In this document: positions 28,091 to 38,231 of the stretch, piece after piece
Layout of the letters: each line of letters starts with the position of its first letter
How positions within the stretch are numbered: position 1 is the first letter of the stretch
Made by a program: the position numbers and the translations under genes
Assembly: GCA_016432645.1 (NCBI GenBank)
Contig: CP066698.1
Span: 197,062 to 261,061 of the forward strand
DNA length: 64,000 bases
Reading direction: 5' to 3'
DNA from: Candidatus Falkowbacteria bacterium
GTDB taxonomy: Bacteria; Patescibacteriota; Patescibacteriia; Patescibacteriales; UBA12465
The notes under the pieces: generated by a model
Told to the model about the DNA's origin: nothing
What the model saw: the letters and a program-made list of their open reading frames with translations, nothing else
Databases searched by the model: none

Positions 28091-30361
28091 ATGTATAATA
28101 AAATTGCACAAATTATTTTGAACTCCGGCAAGGCAGCTGGCGCGAGTGATGTTTTTGTTTCTCAGCCGGATGCCACTCAAGAAAGTTTGGCCGGAAAGAT
28201 ATTCATTTTGGCGGAAATCGGCGGGAAAAAAACCGACGGTGAAAAAATAATTAATTTTTTGATTTCCGAACTCAACGAACATTATTACAATGATGAAAAG
28301 TTAATGCTGCGCGGAAAAATTGAAGGCCTAAAAATAGAAAATATTTTTGAAGCGGCGCTAGCTAAAATCAATAAAAACTTAACTGAATTTTTAAATAATC
28401 AAAGAATAAGAATCAATTCTTCGGCCACCAGTATTACTATCGGAGTAATTTATGAGAATAAGCTTCATTTTGCCGGCTTCGGCAAAAATCGTTCGCTGTT
28501 AATTTATCGCCGCTCCGACGGCTATGAAATTATCAATGTAGAAACGAGCGCGGAAAATTCTACTAGTTCTCAGGAAGAACAACATCTTAGTTCTCAGCGC
28601 CATGATGACAGTCAAAAAATCGCTGGCTTATTTTCCTCAGTAATTAGCGGTGAAGTTCCGCTCGGTTCCTATTTTATTTTTGCGAGCGAATCTTTACCGG
28701 AGTATTTATCTGGCCGAGAAATGGTGGAAATCATTACTAAACTACCACCGATTGTCGCGGCTGAACAAATTAAAAATGCGCTCTTAAAAATGAACACCTA
28801 TGTTCCCTTTTTGGGCGTTATCATAAAAAATACCACTGATTCCGGCGGCCAAGAAATTAAGGAACCGATTGAAGAAGTTTTAACGGCGCATACTTCTATT
28901 TCTTCTTTAAATTCCACCGAACAGCGGACGGAAAAAATGCTGGCACCGGCCGGAATCATCAGCTTTAAAAAAATATCCAATTTATTCGGCGACGTTCTTA
29001 AAAATTGGCGAACTAAGGCCCGAGCTAAAGCCGCTCAACAGGCTAAACGCAAGACAGTTATTTTAGAAAATACTTATAGCGAGCCGGCTCCGGAAAAAGA
29101 AAGAACCGCCAGTTTAAATTTACCAAGTGCCAGTTCTTTTTTAAGACCATCAAAAATCAAATTAAAACAAAGCTCCTCGCTGCTATTTCATAATGTCGGT
29201 AAATTAGCCAAAGCCTCTCCGGCTCTAATTCATAAATCTTTTTGGACTGGGCTAGTTTCGGGGGCTATTTCCTGGGTTAAAAATCTAAATAAAAAAAACC
29301 GCCTATTATTTGGCGGCTTAATTCTGGTCGCGTTGGTTCTGGCAATCAGTTTAACTTCTTCAATTAATAAGAGCCGCAAACAAAAAGCGGAAGAATCTTT
29401 CCAGGCTTTAGTGGCGAAAATTGAAGAAAAAGGCAGCCTGATTGATTCTTATCTTTTGTACAATAATGAGGATGGCGCCTCCAAAGTTTTAACGGACGCC
29501 GAAGCTTTAATCGCCTCTTTGCCACAGGACACTAAAGAACAGCAGGCCCATTATCAAACTTTAAGCGCCAACCTTAAAACTTTAGAAAATAAAGTTAAAA
29601 AAATAAATCAAGTTGATAATTTGGAAAAAATAAGCGATTTAGTCGGTTTAAATGTTTCCGGTTTAGTTTTCGCTGATAATAAGCTTTATGGTACCAGTGG
29701 CGGCAGCATCCAAGCTATTGATTTTAAGGCGGATAAAGTCAGTGCGACTGAAGTGAATGCGGGTGGAAATTTGAGCGGCGGTAAATATGACGGAAAAAAT
29801 GCCATATTCTATCGCGAAGGCGCTAAAATATTTAAGTTTGACATCAAAACCAGCAAAGCTGTAGCTTATGATGTTAAAGATTATAATGAAACTGATGGAT
29901 ATTCCGGCTTAAATATTTTTAATGCCAATTTATACTTAATAGCCAGCGCTAAAAACCAAATCTATAAATATAGCGGCGCCAATCTGGCGACTCGCGCCGA
30001 TTGGATTAAAGAAACGGCCAATTTATCAAAAGCAGTTGACTTATACATTGATGGTTCGATTTATGCTCTAAATAATGATGGCAGCATTAATAAATTCCAT
30101 TTAAACAAAAAGGAGGCCTACGCCAATAAAGCCCTGGACCCCGCTACTAGTTCTGCTACCAAGATTCTAGGCGATGCTAACCAGCTATACGTGCTGGACG
30201 CTGCTAACAAGCGCCTAGCAATAATTGCTAAGAGCGACGGCCATTTAATGAATCAATATGTATTTTCTTCCTTGCCCAGTTTAAGCGATTTTGCTCTTGA
30301 TGCCGCCGGCAAGATTATTTACTTATTATCAGGCGAGAGTATCTATAAGTTAGCTTTGTAA
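28091..30361 (+). CDS. Membrane protein: degenerate PP2C-like cytoplasmic domain, TM helix and extracellular beta-propeller
   Basis: GKIFILAEI, LHFAGFG..RSLLIYR and FSSVISGEV; TM helix near aa 405-425; 'DLYIDGSIY.L..DG.I.KF' and 'LYVLD..NKRL'. Confidence 0.55.
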   Translation: MYNKIAQIILNSGKAAGASDVFVSQPDATQESLAGKIFILAEIGGKKTDGEKIINFLISELNEHYYNDEKLMLRGKIEGLKIENIFEAALAKINKNLTEFLNNQRIRINSSATSITIGVIYENKLHFAGFGKNRSLLIYRRSDGYEIINVETSAENSTSSQEEQHLSSQRHDDSQKIAGLFSSVISGEVPLGSYFIFASESLPEYLSGREMVEIITKLPPIVAAEQIKNALLKMNTYVPFLGVIIKNTTDSGGQEIKEPIEEVLTAHTSISSLNSTEQRTEKMLAPAGIISFKKISNLFGDVLKNWRTKARAKAAQQAKRKTVILENTYSEPAPEKERTASLNLPSASSFLRPSKIKLKQSSSLLFHNVGKLAKASPALIHKSFWTGLVSGAISWVKNLNKKNRLLFGGLILVALVLAISLTSSINKSRKQKAEESFQALVAKIEEKGSLIDSYLLYNNEDGASKVLTDAEALIASLPQDTKEQQAHYQTLSANLKTLENKVKKINQVDNLEKISDLVGLNVSGLVFADNKLYGTSGGSIQAIDFKADKVSATEVNAGGNLSGGKYDGKNAIFYREGAKIFKFDIKTSKAVAYDVKDYNETDGYSGLNIFNANLYLIASAKNQIYKYSGANLATRADWIKETANLSKAVDLYIDGSIYALNNDGSINKFHLNKKEAYANKALDPATSSATKILGDANQLYVLDAANKRLAIIAKSDGHLMNQYVFSSLPSLSDFALDAAGKIIYLLSGESIYKLAL

Positions 30362-30388
30362 ATATTAGAATTTTATTTTTTGAAAAAT

Positions 30389-30416
30389 AAAAATCCGCTG
30401 TTTTAGCGGATTTTTT
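30389..30416. terminator. Bidirectional terminator
   Basis: AAAAATCCGCT-loop-AGCGGATTTTT. Confidence 0.75.
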
Positions 30417-30432
30417 AATATTTATAATAAAA

Positions 30433-33400
30433 CTATTCGATTACTAATGCGGAAAATACTCTTTCTCCGGTAGCTCTTGCTCCCTTGTCGCCAAATTCAA
30501 TGTAGTTATCGCTCAAAGATGATTTCGGTATATCCGCCTTCATGTTTTCAACAAATGTATTAAATTTTAATCCCGGTATTTTTTCTTTTAAAATTTTCTG
30601 CAAATCTTCCGGTTTTATATTAACACTTCGCATCGCCTCGCTGGAAATTGAGATAGAAATATTTGATTCTTTAAATTCTTTTTTAATTGGTTGATATTTT
30701 TTGTAAACTGTTAAAATGTGTGAAATTAAAATATCGGGTTTTTGCGAACCATAAACCCTGTCCATAACAAAAGACATATTAGATTCCCCGTTTTCTTTTT
30801 TAGTTGGCACGAAGAAAACTATTTCATCGGCAACACTCCCTTTAGTCTTTTCTTCGCGGCTCATCATAAAAAACTTATTATAATCACCAAAAGCTAAATT
30901 AGTGTCATTGTTCACTTCTTTTCGCAAACAGCCCAAGCATTGGCGCATATTCTCAACAATCAGATTAATATCTTTTGTCATTTCGCTGACAATCATTTTT
31001 TCGCCTCCGCTTGAATAAATAATCTCCCTAATTTCTTTAAGACGATCCTTTAATTTAAGATTATTAGCTTTGGCGCTACCTTGAATTTTTTCAAAATATT
31101 CTTTAACCGTACGCATTATTCCTTCAAGTTCGGCTTTTTTTTCGCTAATAGCATCGAGATATTTTTTAGCATTTTCTTTTTCTTCCGGTGTTAGTTTGCC
31201 GCCTTCTTTTACTATTAGACTCGCCAGAGTTTCCAGGTCTTGTGAAATGGCTATGGCGCCTGAAGATGGTTTAAAGCCTAAATCGAGCTTATTGAATATT
31301 TTTATAATATCCTCAGACGGTTCAACGCGCTTATTAAGCTCCGCAATATTTTCGTCAACCTTCGTATCCTCCATGCGGTTTAATACCTTAGATATTAAAC
31401 TGATAGATTGTACTCTATCCTGTGCCGCCTTAACCGTTTCTTCTGTCCAATTTGAGATATTAAGAGCCGAGGCTAAATTGTTCTGCAGGCTTTGTTCTTG
31501 AGCGCTTAACTTTATTTCTCTATTTTTTAATGATTGGAAAGTTTTGGCTAATACGGCTCCGACTAATTTATCTCCGCGCTTAATAATAGGAATTAGGTTT
31601 TTATCTCCTTGGTCATCATAAAGATCGGGGTCAAGTAAATGCTCCATCCCCCGTTTAGCATTACCAAGCTTGGAGTCAATAGTCTCAATATTTCCAATCA
31701 TACTATTGGTAACCTCTGCTTGCAGCTTCTCTTGAAAAGGCGCCAACTCCTCCGGCTTTATATTTACCATCTCTGGCTTAAGACTGTTTTTTTCTCTGCC
31801 AGCCAAGTGGCTTTCAATTACGGCCGCCTTTTCTGGGGTTAGATAATTGGAAATCTCAATTTTTTCTCCACGCCTAAATTTATCCCAATCACCGTTTAAT
31901 TGTAAGCCCAGATAAAGAGAAATGAGGGATTCACTACTAGCATCCCGGCCGTTAATATTGCCAGTATAGCGGATTAAATTATGAACCGAACGAAAATTTT
32001 CATTATTTAATTCGGCCGGCACATTGACAATGCCAAATCTTTCTTTAAATCGAAGTCTAATATTAGTAATTAGGCTTTCTTTTTCGCCTGTTATTATTTC
32101 TTCTTTTTTCTCCGGCTGAGCAGATAAGTCGGTCATTAAATGTTTTATTGCTCTTTTCATCGGTACTAAATTTCGAGCGTCATATGTTATTTCTCCTTTT
32201 TCGTCTATTTTTTGCATAGTGATAAGTTCGGCTTGGTATAAAGGAAAAACTTCTTTGATAAACTGTTTGATTTCTTTGCCTGACATATTTTCAAAAACTG
32301 GAGCCAACGAAGAAAATAGGCTGGGTGCCGCTTCGATTATATCCTTGGCCAAACCATAAAATTCCGACTTATCATCTTGAGTCCATTTTTCTTTTTCAAA
32401 TCTTGTTTCAGCATTTTGTAATGTGTTTTTTATTTCAGCATAGGTTTTATCTGTAGTTTTTTCACTTTCAGCCGCATTTTTGACCGCGGTTATTATGCTA
32501 CTAAATGTTTCAATACGAGAAAGGTTGCCTGCTCCTCCGTATTTATCAATTGTATCGGTAATTACCCTTAATCTAAGAGGTATTTCTTGCCACGTTTCGT
32601 CTTTTAAAAATTTGTTCCAATCACTTGTCATGCCATTTAAGCAGATATCACGGTATGGCCCGGAAAATAAATCAGTAATTTGTTCCTTCTGTTTTACTTG
32701 GTCGCCCCGCTCGCCCTCTACGGACTCGATATATTTTACTAGCGCTAGGCCCCAATCCTTTTCTTCGAAAAAATTATTATCTCTGCCAAGCATTTTCTGA
32801 TTAGTGAGTGCATAAAATTTATTATTAAATTGTCCACGATACTCCTCCTCAACGCTTAAATATTTGCGATAAATTTTAGAAAATAATTCTTCGTTATCTA
32901 ATTTTTTATCTCCGCTTAAAACTGCAAGTTCGGTATCAGCTAGATTGTTTAAGGTCGAGGCTTTAGTATAGTTATCAAATTTTAGCTTTTCACGAGAAAT
33001 TAAATTAGCATCAAAATTTTCTTCAATTGATTTTTCGATTTCTGTTAATATTTTTTCAGTATTTATAGCATCATTTTCTTTAAAATTATCAACCTGGATG
33101 CCAAAATCGCTTTCCAGCTTTTTTTCTAGACCAACACTAAGTACGCCAAGTTCGGCCGCCTGCATCACTTCCTTAATTAAGACAAAAAGTTTTTCATTTT
33201 TGCGAGCGGCTAGTTTTAAAATAGCGCTTTCGGAGCGCATTTCCGGGGACAACGCGCTCATATGCTTTAAAACCAAAGCGGCATTAGCCTCTTCTTGGGA
33301 GAATATAATTTGTTTATCAATATCTTTTTCTATCCCCTTGCCGATAGCGCTGCGGGTGAGCGAGCTTTTCATTATCCATAAGTCAGTTCTTGTTTGTTCA

Positions 33401-35490
33401 ATTGTCCCATTAGTCTGCTCGGTAAAAAGAGAGGTGTTGGCTATCCTATTTTCCGTATTTGCTAATTCTTTTTCAAATAATTCTTTAGTATTTTCATGCA
33501 TCGATAAAGCGTATAACAATTCATAATTATTCTCGGATATGGCTAAATTTAAGACTGTTTGCGGATTCTGCTCGCTTATCCAGCGATTATTATGATTTTC
33601 AACATTAAAACCGGGCAAGAGCTCTGCCATTCTTTGTCCATTATACAATCCCAAAAATCCCGTTGACTTTTCAGCCTGATTAAAAATATCTTTTTCATCA
33701 AGATTGAAATAAGATATTGCTTCCACTAAATTTTGACGATTGATGGCAGAATATTCTAATTTAACGGTTCCTCGAATACTGGTAACTAATTTTTCAGCCA
33801 CCTTTGCTTTATATTCCTGGTTAAAAAGAAAAAATTTATGTCTTTCCGGATAATATTTATCAGCAAAAGCTTTAATTTTATCACGGCCTTGATTGGCAAC
33901 ATTAATAACGCCTTCAGCCGCCGCCTCTTTTAACTTAGGTCTATCCGTCGCTTCCCATTTTATATGTTCGTTTTCTTTGTCTAAAAACTCATTAATCGGG
34001 TTAAGGGTTATGGTGTCGCCATTTTTTATAGCCGATAAGTATGTCTCTTTTATTAATTGACGAAATTTAGGTGTAAAAGTAAAGCCATTTAATCCAATTT
34101 GTTTTTTAGTATAATCCTCAGAATTATTTAAGCTATAAAATCCCCGATTTAATTCGTATTTAAAATAACCGATACTAAGCGCCTCTTGTTTCTCTTTTTC
34201 TCCAACTCCAAAAAATTCGTAATTTTCTTTATCTTTAACCTCTCTTTCTTTATTATAATTATCTCCTTTAACTTTATTTATAATTATATCTTGAGCGAAG
34301 TTAACTAAAATTTCTGAAGGAATATTTAATTTTTTAAAGGCATCTAAATCATTTTTTCGTCCCTCACTTTTATCCCAGCTCCAGCCCGCTTTACTAAAAT
34401 AGGCATCTAAAAAGTCCGTTTTTAATTCCTCCCTAAGTTTTAGGGCGGCCTCCCCTAATTCTGGTAAATGTTTTTCATCAATATATTTACAAAAACCGTC
34501 AAGGCGAAAATGGTATTTGATTTTATTGTTTTCTATGTTTTGAACGGTTTTTTTTATTAGCTCTTCTTGTGAAAACTCGTTTTTATCTATTTTGAATTTT
34601 TTGAGACAAGCGTCGGCGTCATTTCCTAGAGCAATATTTTCAAAGGCAGCCTCTTTGGCTAATTCCCTGGCTTCCGGTGATTCTAAAAATTTTTTAACTC
34701 CAGGATATTCATTTATTAATTCATCCGGAATTTTTATTTCAAAGATAGTTTTTTTTATTTCCGCAATCATCGCCTTCTCAATATCGGCTTCCTTAAGACC
34801 AAACTCTTCCTTATATTCATTAAAGTTGGTCATCTTTTCTTCATTTTTCCCTAGCGATAACCAGCCGCCTTGAGCAGCCGAAATAGCTCCTTCTAATCCT
34901 ATATTTTTAAGCTCTTCCTGAGAAAACAAGGCCTTTGCATGATTGAAGTTTCCTTCCAGCGGGTGATCCGAATCCTCTTCATCTTCTCCGCCGATAACGC
35001 GAAATTCATTTTTTCGCAATCCAATCTTAAAATCCATTTTTTTACCATGGCGCAATTCTTTTTCCCATAAATTTTTACGGTAGGGGTCAAATTTTTGATC
35101 GGAAAAGAAGCTTTTATCCAAACCAAAATCAGTAATATAAGGAGAAATGCTTCCTATGCATTGGTTATCTAAGAGCGCTTTGGTTAATTTTCTCTTGAGT
35201 ATTGCTTGAATCTCTGGTGACTGCATCACATTTACAGGCAGATCTCGGTAATAGAAGCCGAGATGATTAGAATGGATTTCCTTATCAGCATTTATTTCTT
35301 CTATCAGTTCAGACAAATCCTTTTTATCTTTATCATTTAAATTATATTCATAAGCTAATTTATGAATATTTATTTCAGTAGTCAAAACTTGTTCAGAATT
35401 TTCTTGGTCTAATTTTAAAATCTCAATCGACGATTGGCTATTTTCTTTGCCATTAGTTTTTTTTACGGGAATTGCGACTTCCTCAAACAT
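30433..35490 (-). CDS. Very large (1685 aa) E/K-rich helical hypothetical protein
   Basis: Long uninterrupted ORF with no signal peptide; motif-like C-terminal block 'ENMRQCLGC...NNDTNLAFGD...DRVYG'. Confidence 0.8.
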   Translation of the reverse strand: MFEEVAIPVKKTNGKENSQSSIEILKLDQENSEQVLTTEINIHKLAYEYNLNDKDKKDLSELIEEINADKEIHSNHLGFYYRDLPVNVMQSPEIQAILKRKLTKALLDNQCIGSISPYITDFGLDKSFFSDQKFDPYRKNLWEKELRHGKKMDFKIGLRKNEFRVIGGEDEEDSDHPLEGNFNHAKALFSQEELKNIGLEGAISAAQGGWLSLGKNEEKMTNFNEYKEEFGLKEADIEKAMIAEIKKTIFEIKIPDELINEYPGVKKFLESPEARELAKEAAFENIALGNDADACLKKFKIDKNEFSQEELIKKTVQNIENNKIKYHFRLDGFCKYIDEKHLPELGEAALKLREELKTDFLDAYFSKAGWSWDKSEGRKNDLDAFKKLNIPSEILVNFAQDIIINKVKGDNYNKEREVKDKENYEFFGVGEKEKQEALSIGYFKYELNRGFYSLNNSEDYTKKQIGLNGFTFTPKFRQLIKETYLSAIKNGDTITLNPINEFLDKENEHIKWEATDRPKLKEAAAEGVINVANQGRDKIKAFADKYYPERHKFFLFNQEYKAKVAEKLVTSIRGTVKLEYSAINRQNLVEAISYFNLDEKDIFNQAEKSTGFLGLYNGQRMAELLPGFNVENHNNRWISEQNPQTVLNLAISENNYELLYALSMHENTKELFEKELANTENRIANTSLFTEQTNGTIEQTRTDLWIMKSSLTRSAIGKGIEKDIDKQIIFSQEEANAALVLKHMSALSPEMRSESAILKLAARKNEKLFVLIKEVMQAAELGVLSVGLEKKLESDFGIQVDNFKENDAINTEKILTEIEKSIEENFDANLISREKLKFDNYTKASTLNNLADTELAVLSGDKKLDNEELFSKIYRKYLSVEEEYRGQFNNKFYALTNQKMLGRDNNFFEEKDWGLALVKYIESVEGERGDQVKQKEQITDLFSGPYRDICLNGMTSDWNKFLKDETWQEIPLRLRVITDTIDKYGGAGNLSRIETFSSIITAVKNAAESEKTTDKTYAEIKNTLQNAETRFEKEKWTQDDKSEFYGLAKDIIEAAPSLFSSLAPVFENMSGKEIKQFIKEVFPLYQAELITMQKIDEKGEITYDARNLVPMKRAIKHLMTDLSAQPEKKEEIITGEKESLITNIRLRFKERFGIVNVPAELNNENFRSVHNLIRYTGNINGRDASSESLISLYLGLQLNGDWDKFRRGEKIEISNYLTPEKAAVIESHLAGREKNSLKPEMVNIKPEELAPFQEKLQAEVTNSMIGNIETIDSKLGNAKRGMEHLLDPDLYDDQGDKNLIPIIKRGDKLVGAVLAKTFQSLKNREIKLSAQEQSLQNNLASALNISNWTEETVKAAQDRVQSISLISKVLNRMEDTKVDENIAELNKRVEPSEDIIKIFNKLDLGFKPSSGAIAISQDLETLASLIVKEGGKLTPEEKENAKKYLDAISEKKAELEGIMRTVKEYFEKIQGSAKANNLKLKDRLKEIREIIYSSGGEKMIVSEMTKDINLIVENMRQCLGCLRKEVNNDTNLAFGDYNKFFMMSREEKTKGSVADEIVFFVPTKKENGESNMSFVMDRVYGSQKPDILISHILTVYKKYQPIKKEFKESNISISISSEAMRSVNIKPEDLQKILKEKIPGLKFNTFVENMKADIPKSSLSDNYIEFGDKGARATGERVFSALVIE

Positions 35491-35559
35491 TTTATTATTT
35501 TTTGACTAATTTATGACATAATTATAGCATAATTAAAATTATTTTCAAAAAAATAAAAC

Positions 35560-35589
35560 AAAAAAACCGCCCCTTTCGGGACGGTTTTT
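35560..35589 (-). terminator. Terminator of rplJL
   Basis: Minus strand ACCGTCCC-GAAA-GGGGCGGT followed by a T run. Confidence 0.8.
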
Positions 35590-35609
35590 ATCTTTAAGAG
35601 AGAAACTTA

Positions 35610-36011
35610 TTATTTCAAAGTTACTTTGCCTCCAGCTTCTTCCAATTTCTTCTTGATAGCCTCAGCTTCTTCCTTCTTAACGCCTTCCTTTACAACTTTA
35701 GGAGCGGCATCAACTAAGTCTTTAGCTTCCTTAAGACCCATTTCAGTTAATTCGCGAACAACCTTGATGACGGCAATCTTATTGGCGCCAGCGTCGGTTA
35801 ATTCGATGTCAAAGCTGTCTTTTTCTTCAACAGCGGCGGCAGCGCCAGCACCCGGAGCCATCATCATGGCTGGAGCGGCAGCGGAAACGCCGAATTTGTC
35901 TTCTAAGATAGAAACTAATTCGGCTAAATCCAAAACACTCATTTTTTCGATTTCGCCAACCAATTTCTCAAACTTTTCTGGGACGACAACGTCCTTTTTT
36001 TCTTCACTCAT
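35610..36011 (-). CDS. rplL: 50S ribosomal protein L7/L12
   Basis: [19 protein letters not shown] and GLKEAKDLV. Confidence 0.98.
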   Translation of the reverse strand: MSEEKKDVVVPEKFEKLVGEIEKMSVLDLAELVSILEDKFGVSAAAPAMMMAPGAGAAAAVEEKDSFDIELTDAGANKIAVIKVVRELTEMGLKEAKDLVDAAPKVVKEGVKKEEAEAIKKKLEEAGGKVTLK

Positions 36012-36051
36012 AGTTTTAAAATTAATTTTTTATATTTTAATTAATGATTAA

Positions 36052-36582
36052 TTATTTTTTCTCACTGATAGCCTTTAAGACACCAACAAAATTTCTCAAG
36101 TTGCCGGCTAAAACATTGACAAAGCCGGAGATTGGAGCATTCATGGAACCAACCAACTTGGCGTATAATTCCTGCTTGCTTGGCAATTTAGCTAAAGCCT
36201 CAACCTGATCTTTGGATAATAGCTTATTTTCTAAGATACCGCCCAAAAAGACAATTTTATTTTCCTTTTCTTTATCCTTACGAAATTCGCCTAAAATTTT
36301 AGCGGGAGAAACCTCATCTTCATAGGAAAAGATAGCGGCCACTTTACCATCAAAATCTCTAGCATTTAAGCTGGCAACGTTTTGATCCTTGAAGGCAATA
36401 TTCATTAAGGTCTTCTTGGCAACGTAATATTCGTTATTTCCGGCAATCAATTTTGCGCGCAAATTTTCATTATCCTTAACTCCGAAGGCATTAAAACCGG
36501 CGAAGATAACAGATTTTGATTTTTTGATTTTTTCGCTTAAATTACGTAAAATCTCTTGTTTTTGAATTTTATTCTTTGGCAT
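36052..36582 (-). CDS. rplJ: 50S ribosomal protein L10
   Basis: LRAKL...VAKKTL and LAKLPSKQEL. The likely start is MPKNK at 36582. Confidence 0.96.
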   Translation of the reverse strand: MPKNKIQKQEILRNLSEKIKKSKSVIFAGFNAFGVKDNENLRAKLIAGNNEYYVAKKTLMNIAFKDQNVASLNARDFDGKVAAIFSYEDEVSPAKILGEFRKDKEKENKIVFLGGILENKLLSKDQVEALAKLPSKQELYAKLVGSMNAPISGFVNVLAGNLRNFVGVLKAISEKK

Positions 36583-36585
36583 ATA

Positions 36586-36690
36586 ATAAAAAATCTGTGG
36601 TACCACAGATGTAAAAAACGCTAAAAAGCGGATAATTACCTCGGCAAGATTTACGGCCGAAGCGGCCACTTGCTGTCTGTGGTATCTTTA
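36586..36690 (-). promoter_or_regulatory. L10 leader RNA with attenuator
   Basis: Minus strand AGACAGCAAG-hairpin(UUCG)-TAAATCTTGCCGAGG core, then terminator ATCTGTGGTACCACAGAT-TTTT. The 5' TACCACAGA can pair as an antiterminator. Confidence 0.85.
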
Positions 36691-36848
36691 GTTATGGGTA
36701 TATATTAGCAAATGTCTGAAATTTGTCAAGCATTTTAAGTTTAACTAACCTTGACATTATCATTTTTTTCTGTTAAGTTTAAAAAACCGTTATTTTGTTT
36801 CTTTAAAAAATAAATATACATATATATTCACTTAAAAAATCCTTAATC

Positions 36849-37589
36849 ATGGACTTAGAAAACAAAAAGTTTTTTATTTTCGACTTGGACGGCGTCCTGG
36901 TCGATAGCACGCGACTTAGTTGTCAAAAAGTGGAGATGATTTTAGACCGCCTTGGGTTACCAACTATTCCCCGTTCGTTTTTAATTAAACATTGGGGGAA
37001 AAAAATGTCCGACATCTTTGATTTAATCGGAGAAGTTTTGGATGCTTCAAAGGATCAGATATCCTTGATGAATAAAATGGAACCTGAAATTTCCTTGGAA
37101 CTTCCCTATAAGTTTCCCAGGGAAACCTTTGAAGCGCTCTTGAATTTACGATTGTATGATCGCTATCTCGGACTTCTTACCAGCCGCAGTAATGCCAGCT
37201 TACAACAAGTAAGCAGCCAAACCGGAATGCCACTGACTGTCTTTCACAAAATTCAGACAACTGATCATTGGCCGCACCACAAACCTAGTGGCCGCGCTTT
37301 CGGACCATTCGCCAATTGGGCATATGCTCAAAAATTAAAACCTGAACGTCTGGTATATTTTGGGGATACTATCTCGCAAGATTTAGTGGCTACCCAAAAT
37401 TATGAGTACCCAATTGATTTTGTCGGGGTTGTCTCCGGAGTTAACACGCGGGAAGAATTCTTAGCTGCTGGAGTTCCTGATTGCCGAATCGTGGACTTTG
37501 AAAAATTACCCGAATTTCTGCATCAAATTATGAGAACCGCTAAATCATGGACTTCTGAAAATTTCCAGACTTCCAGCATTAGATTATGA
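36849..37589 (+). CDS. HAD-family hydrolase
   Basis: FDLDGVLVDS, LLTSR, KP and YFGD...D. Confidence 0.88.
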   Translation: MDLENKKFFIFDLDGVLVDSTRLSCQKVEMILDRLGLPTIPRSFLIKHWGKKMSDIFDLIGEVLDASKDQISLMNKMEPEISLELPYKFPRETFEALLNLRLYDRYLGLLTSRSNASLQQVSSQTGMPLTVFHKIQTTDHWPHHKPSGRAFGPFANWAYAQKLKPERLVYFGDTISQDLVATQNYEYPIDFVGVVSGVNTREEFLAAGVPDCRIVDFEKLPEFLHQIMRTAKSWTSENFQTSSIRL

Positions 37590-37654
37590 GACGAGGAATT
37601 GAAGTTAAAACTGCAAAAAATTAAAAACAAAAACCAAGTATTAAAAACAGCAAA

Positions 37655-38143
37655 ATGAAAAAGAAACTATTAATTTTCCGATTTGAAAATGTCCTAATTG
37701 ACATTAATCCTGGGCAGTATTACATCCAAAAAAAACTATGGAAACTTCTCCGGGAATTAAAAAAAGACGGGTATAATCTCATCCTAATCACCAGTCTGGG
37801 TTTTGAAAGTACCCTGAGAGCCGTAACTTCGATGGAAGACGTGAGTGAGGTGGTTCATACTCATTTCGATAAATTGATTTCCTCACATCAACCCGACCGT
37901 CAACTTGACGAACCTCTTCGCTTCGCTGAAAAAAATAAAATCGAATTAGATGAAATTGTCTATTTCGGAAATTATTACAGCGATTACCAGGCCGCTCAAA
38001 AAGCAGGAATCGATTTTGTCGGCGTAATTGATCATTTAACAGAAACACAATTATTAAACAAAATTCTGCCTGATGAAAAGCGCGTCCACCCGATTCTCTT
38101 TGAAGAATTCTTGCAAAACTATTTAGAACTAACTAAAGTTTAA
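37655..38143 (+). CDS. Degenerate HAD-like protein
   Basis: Motif I reads FRFENVLID with no catalytic Asp; LITS; VYFGN..SDYQAAQKAGIDFVGV. Confidence 0.7.
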   Translation: MKKKLLIFRFENVLIDINPGQYYIQKKLWKLLRELKKDGYNLILITSLGFESTLRAVTSMEDVSEVVHTHFDKLISSHQPDRQLDEPLRFAEKNKIELDEIVYFGNYYSDYQAAQKAGIDFVGVIDHLTETQLLNKILPDEKRVHPILFEEFLQNYLELTKV

Positions 38144-38231
38144 AAATATAGCCGGTATTTATCGGTTATGAACACACTTATTTTCCGAGGCCGTTTCCCC
38201 TAAAGAAGCGGCCTTTTTCTTTGACAAATTA

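Noticed and set aside
36583..36669. N-terminal extension of L10 in the ORF track (likewise the uvrC, lexA, ligase and HU extensions)
   Set aside because: These overlap leader or promoter sequence. Downstream ATGs match the family starts.
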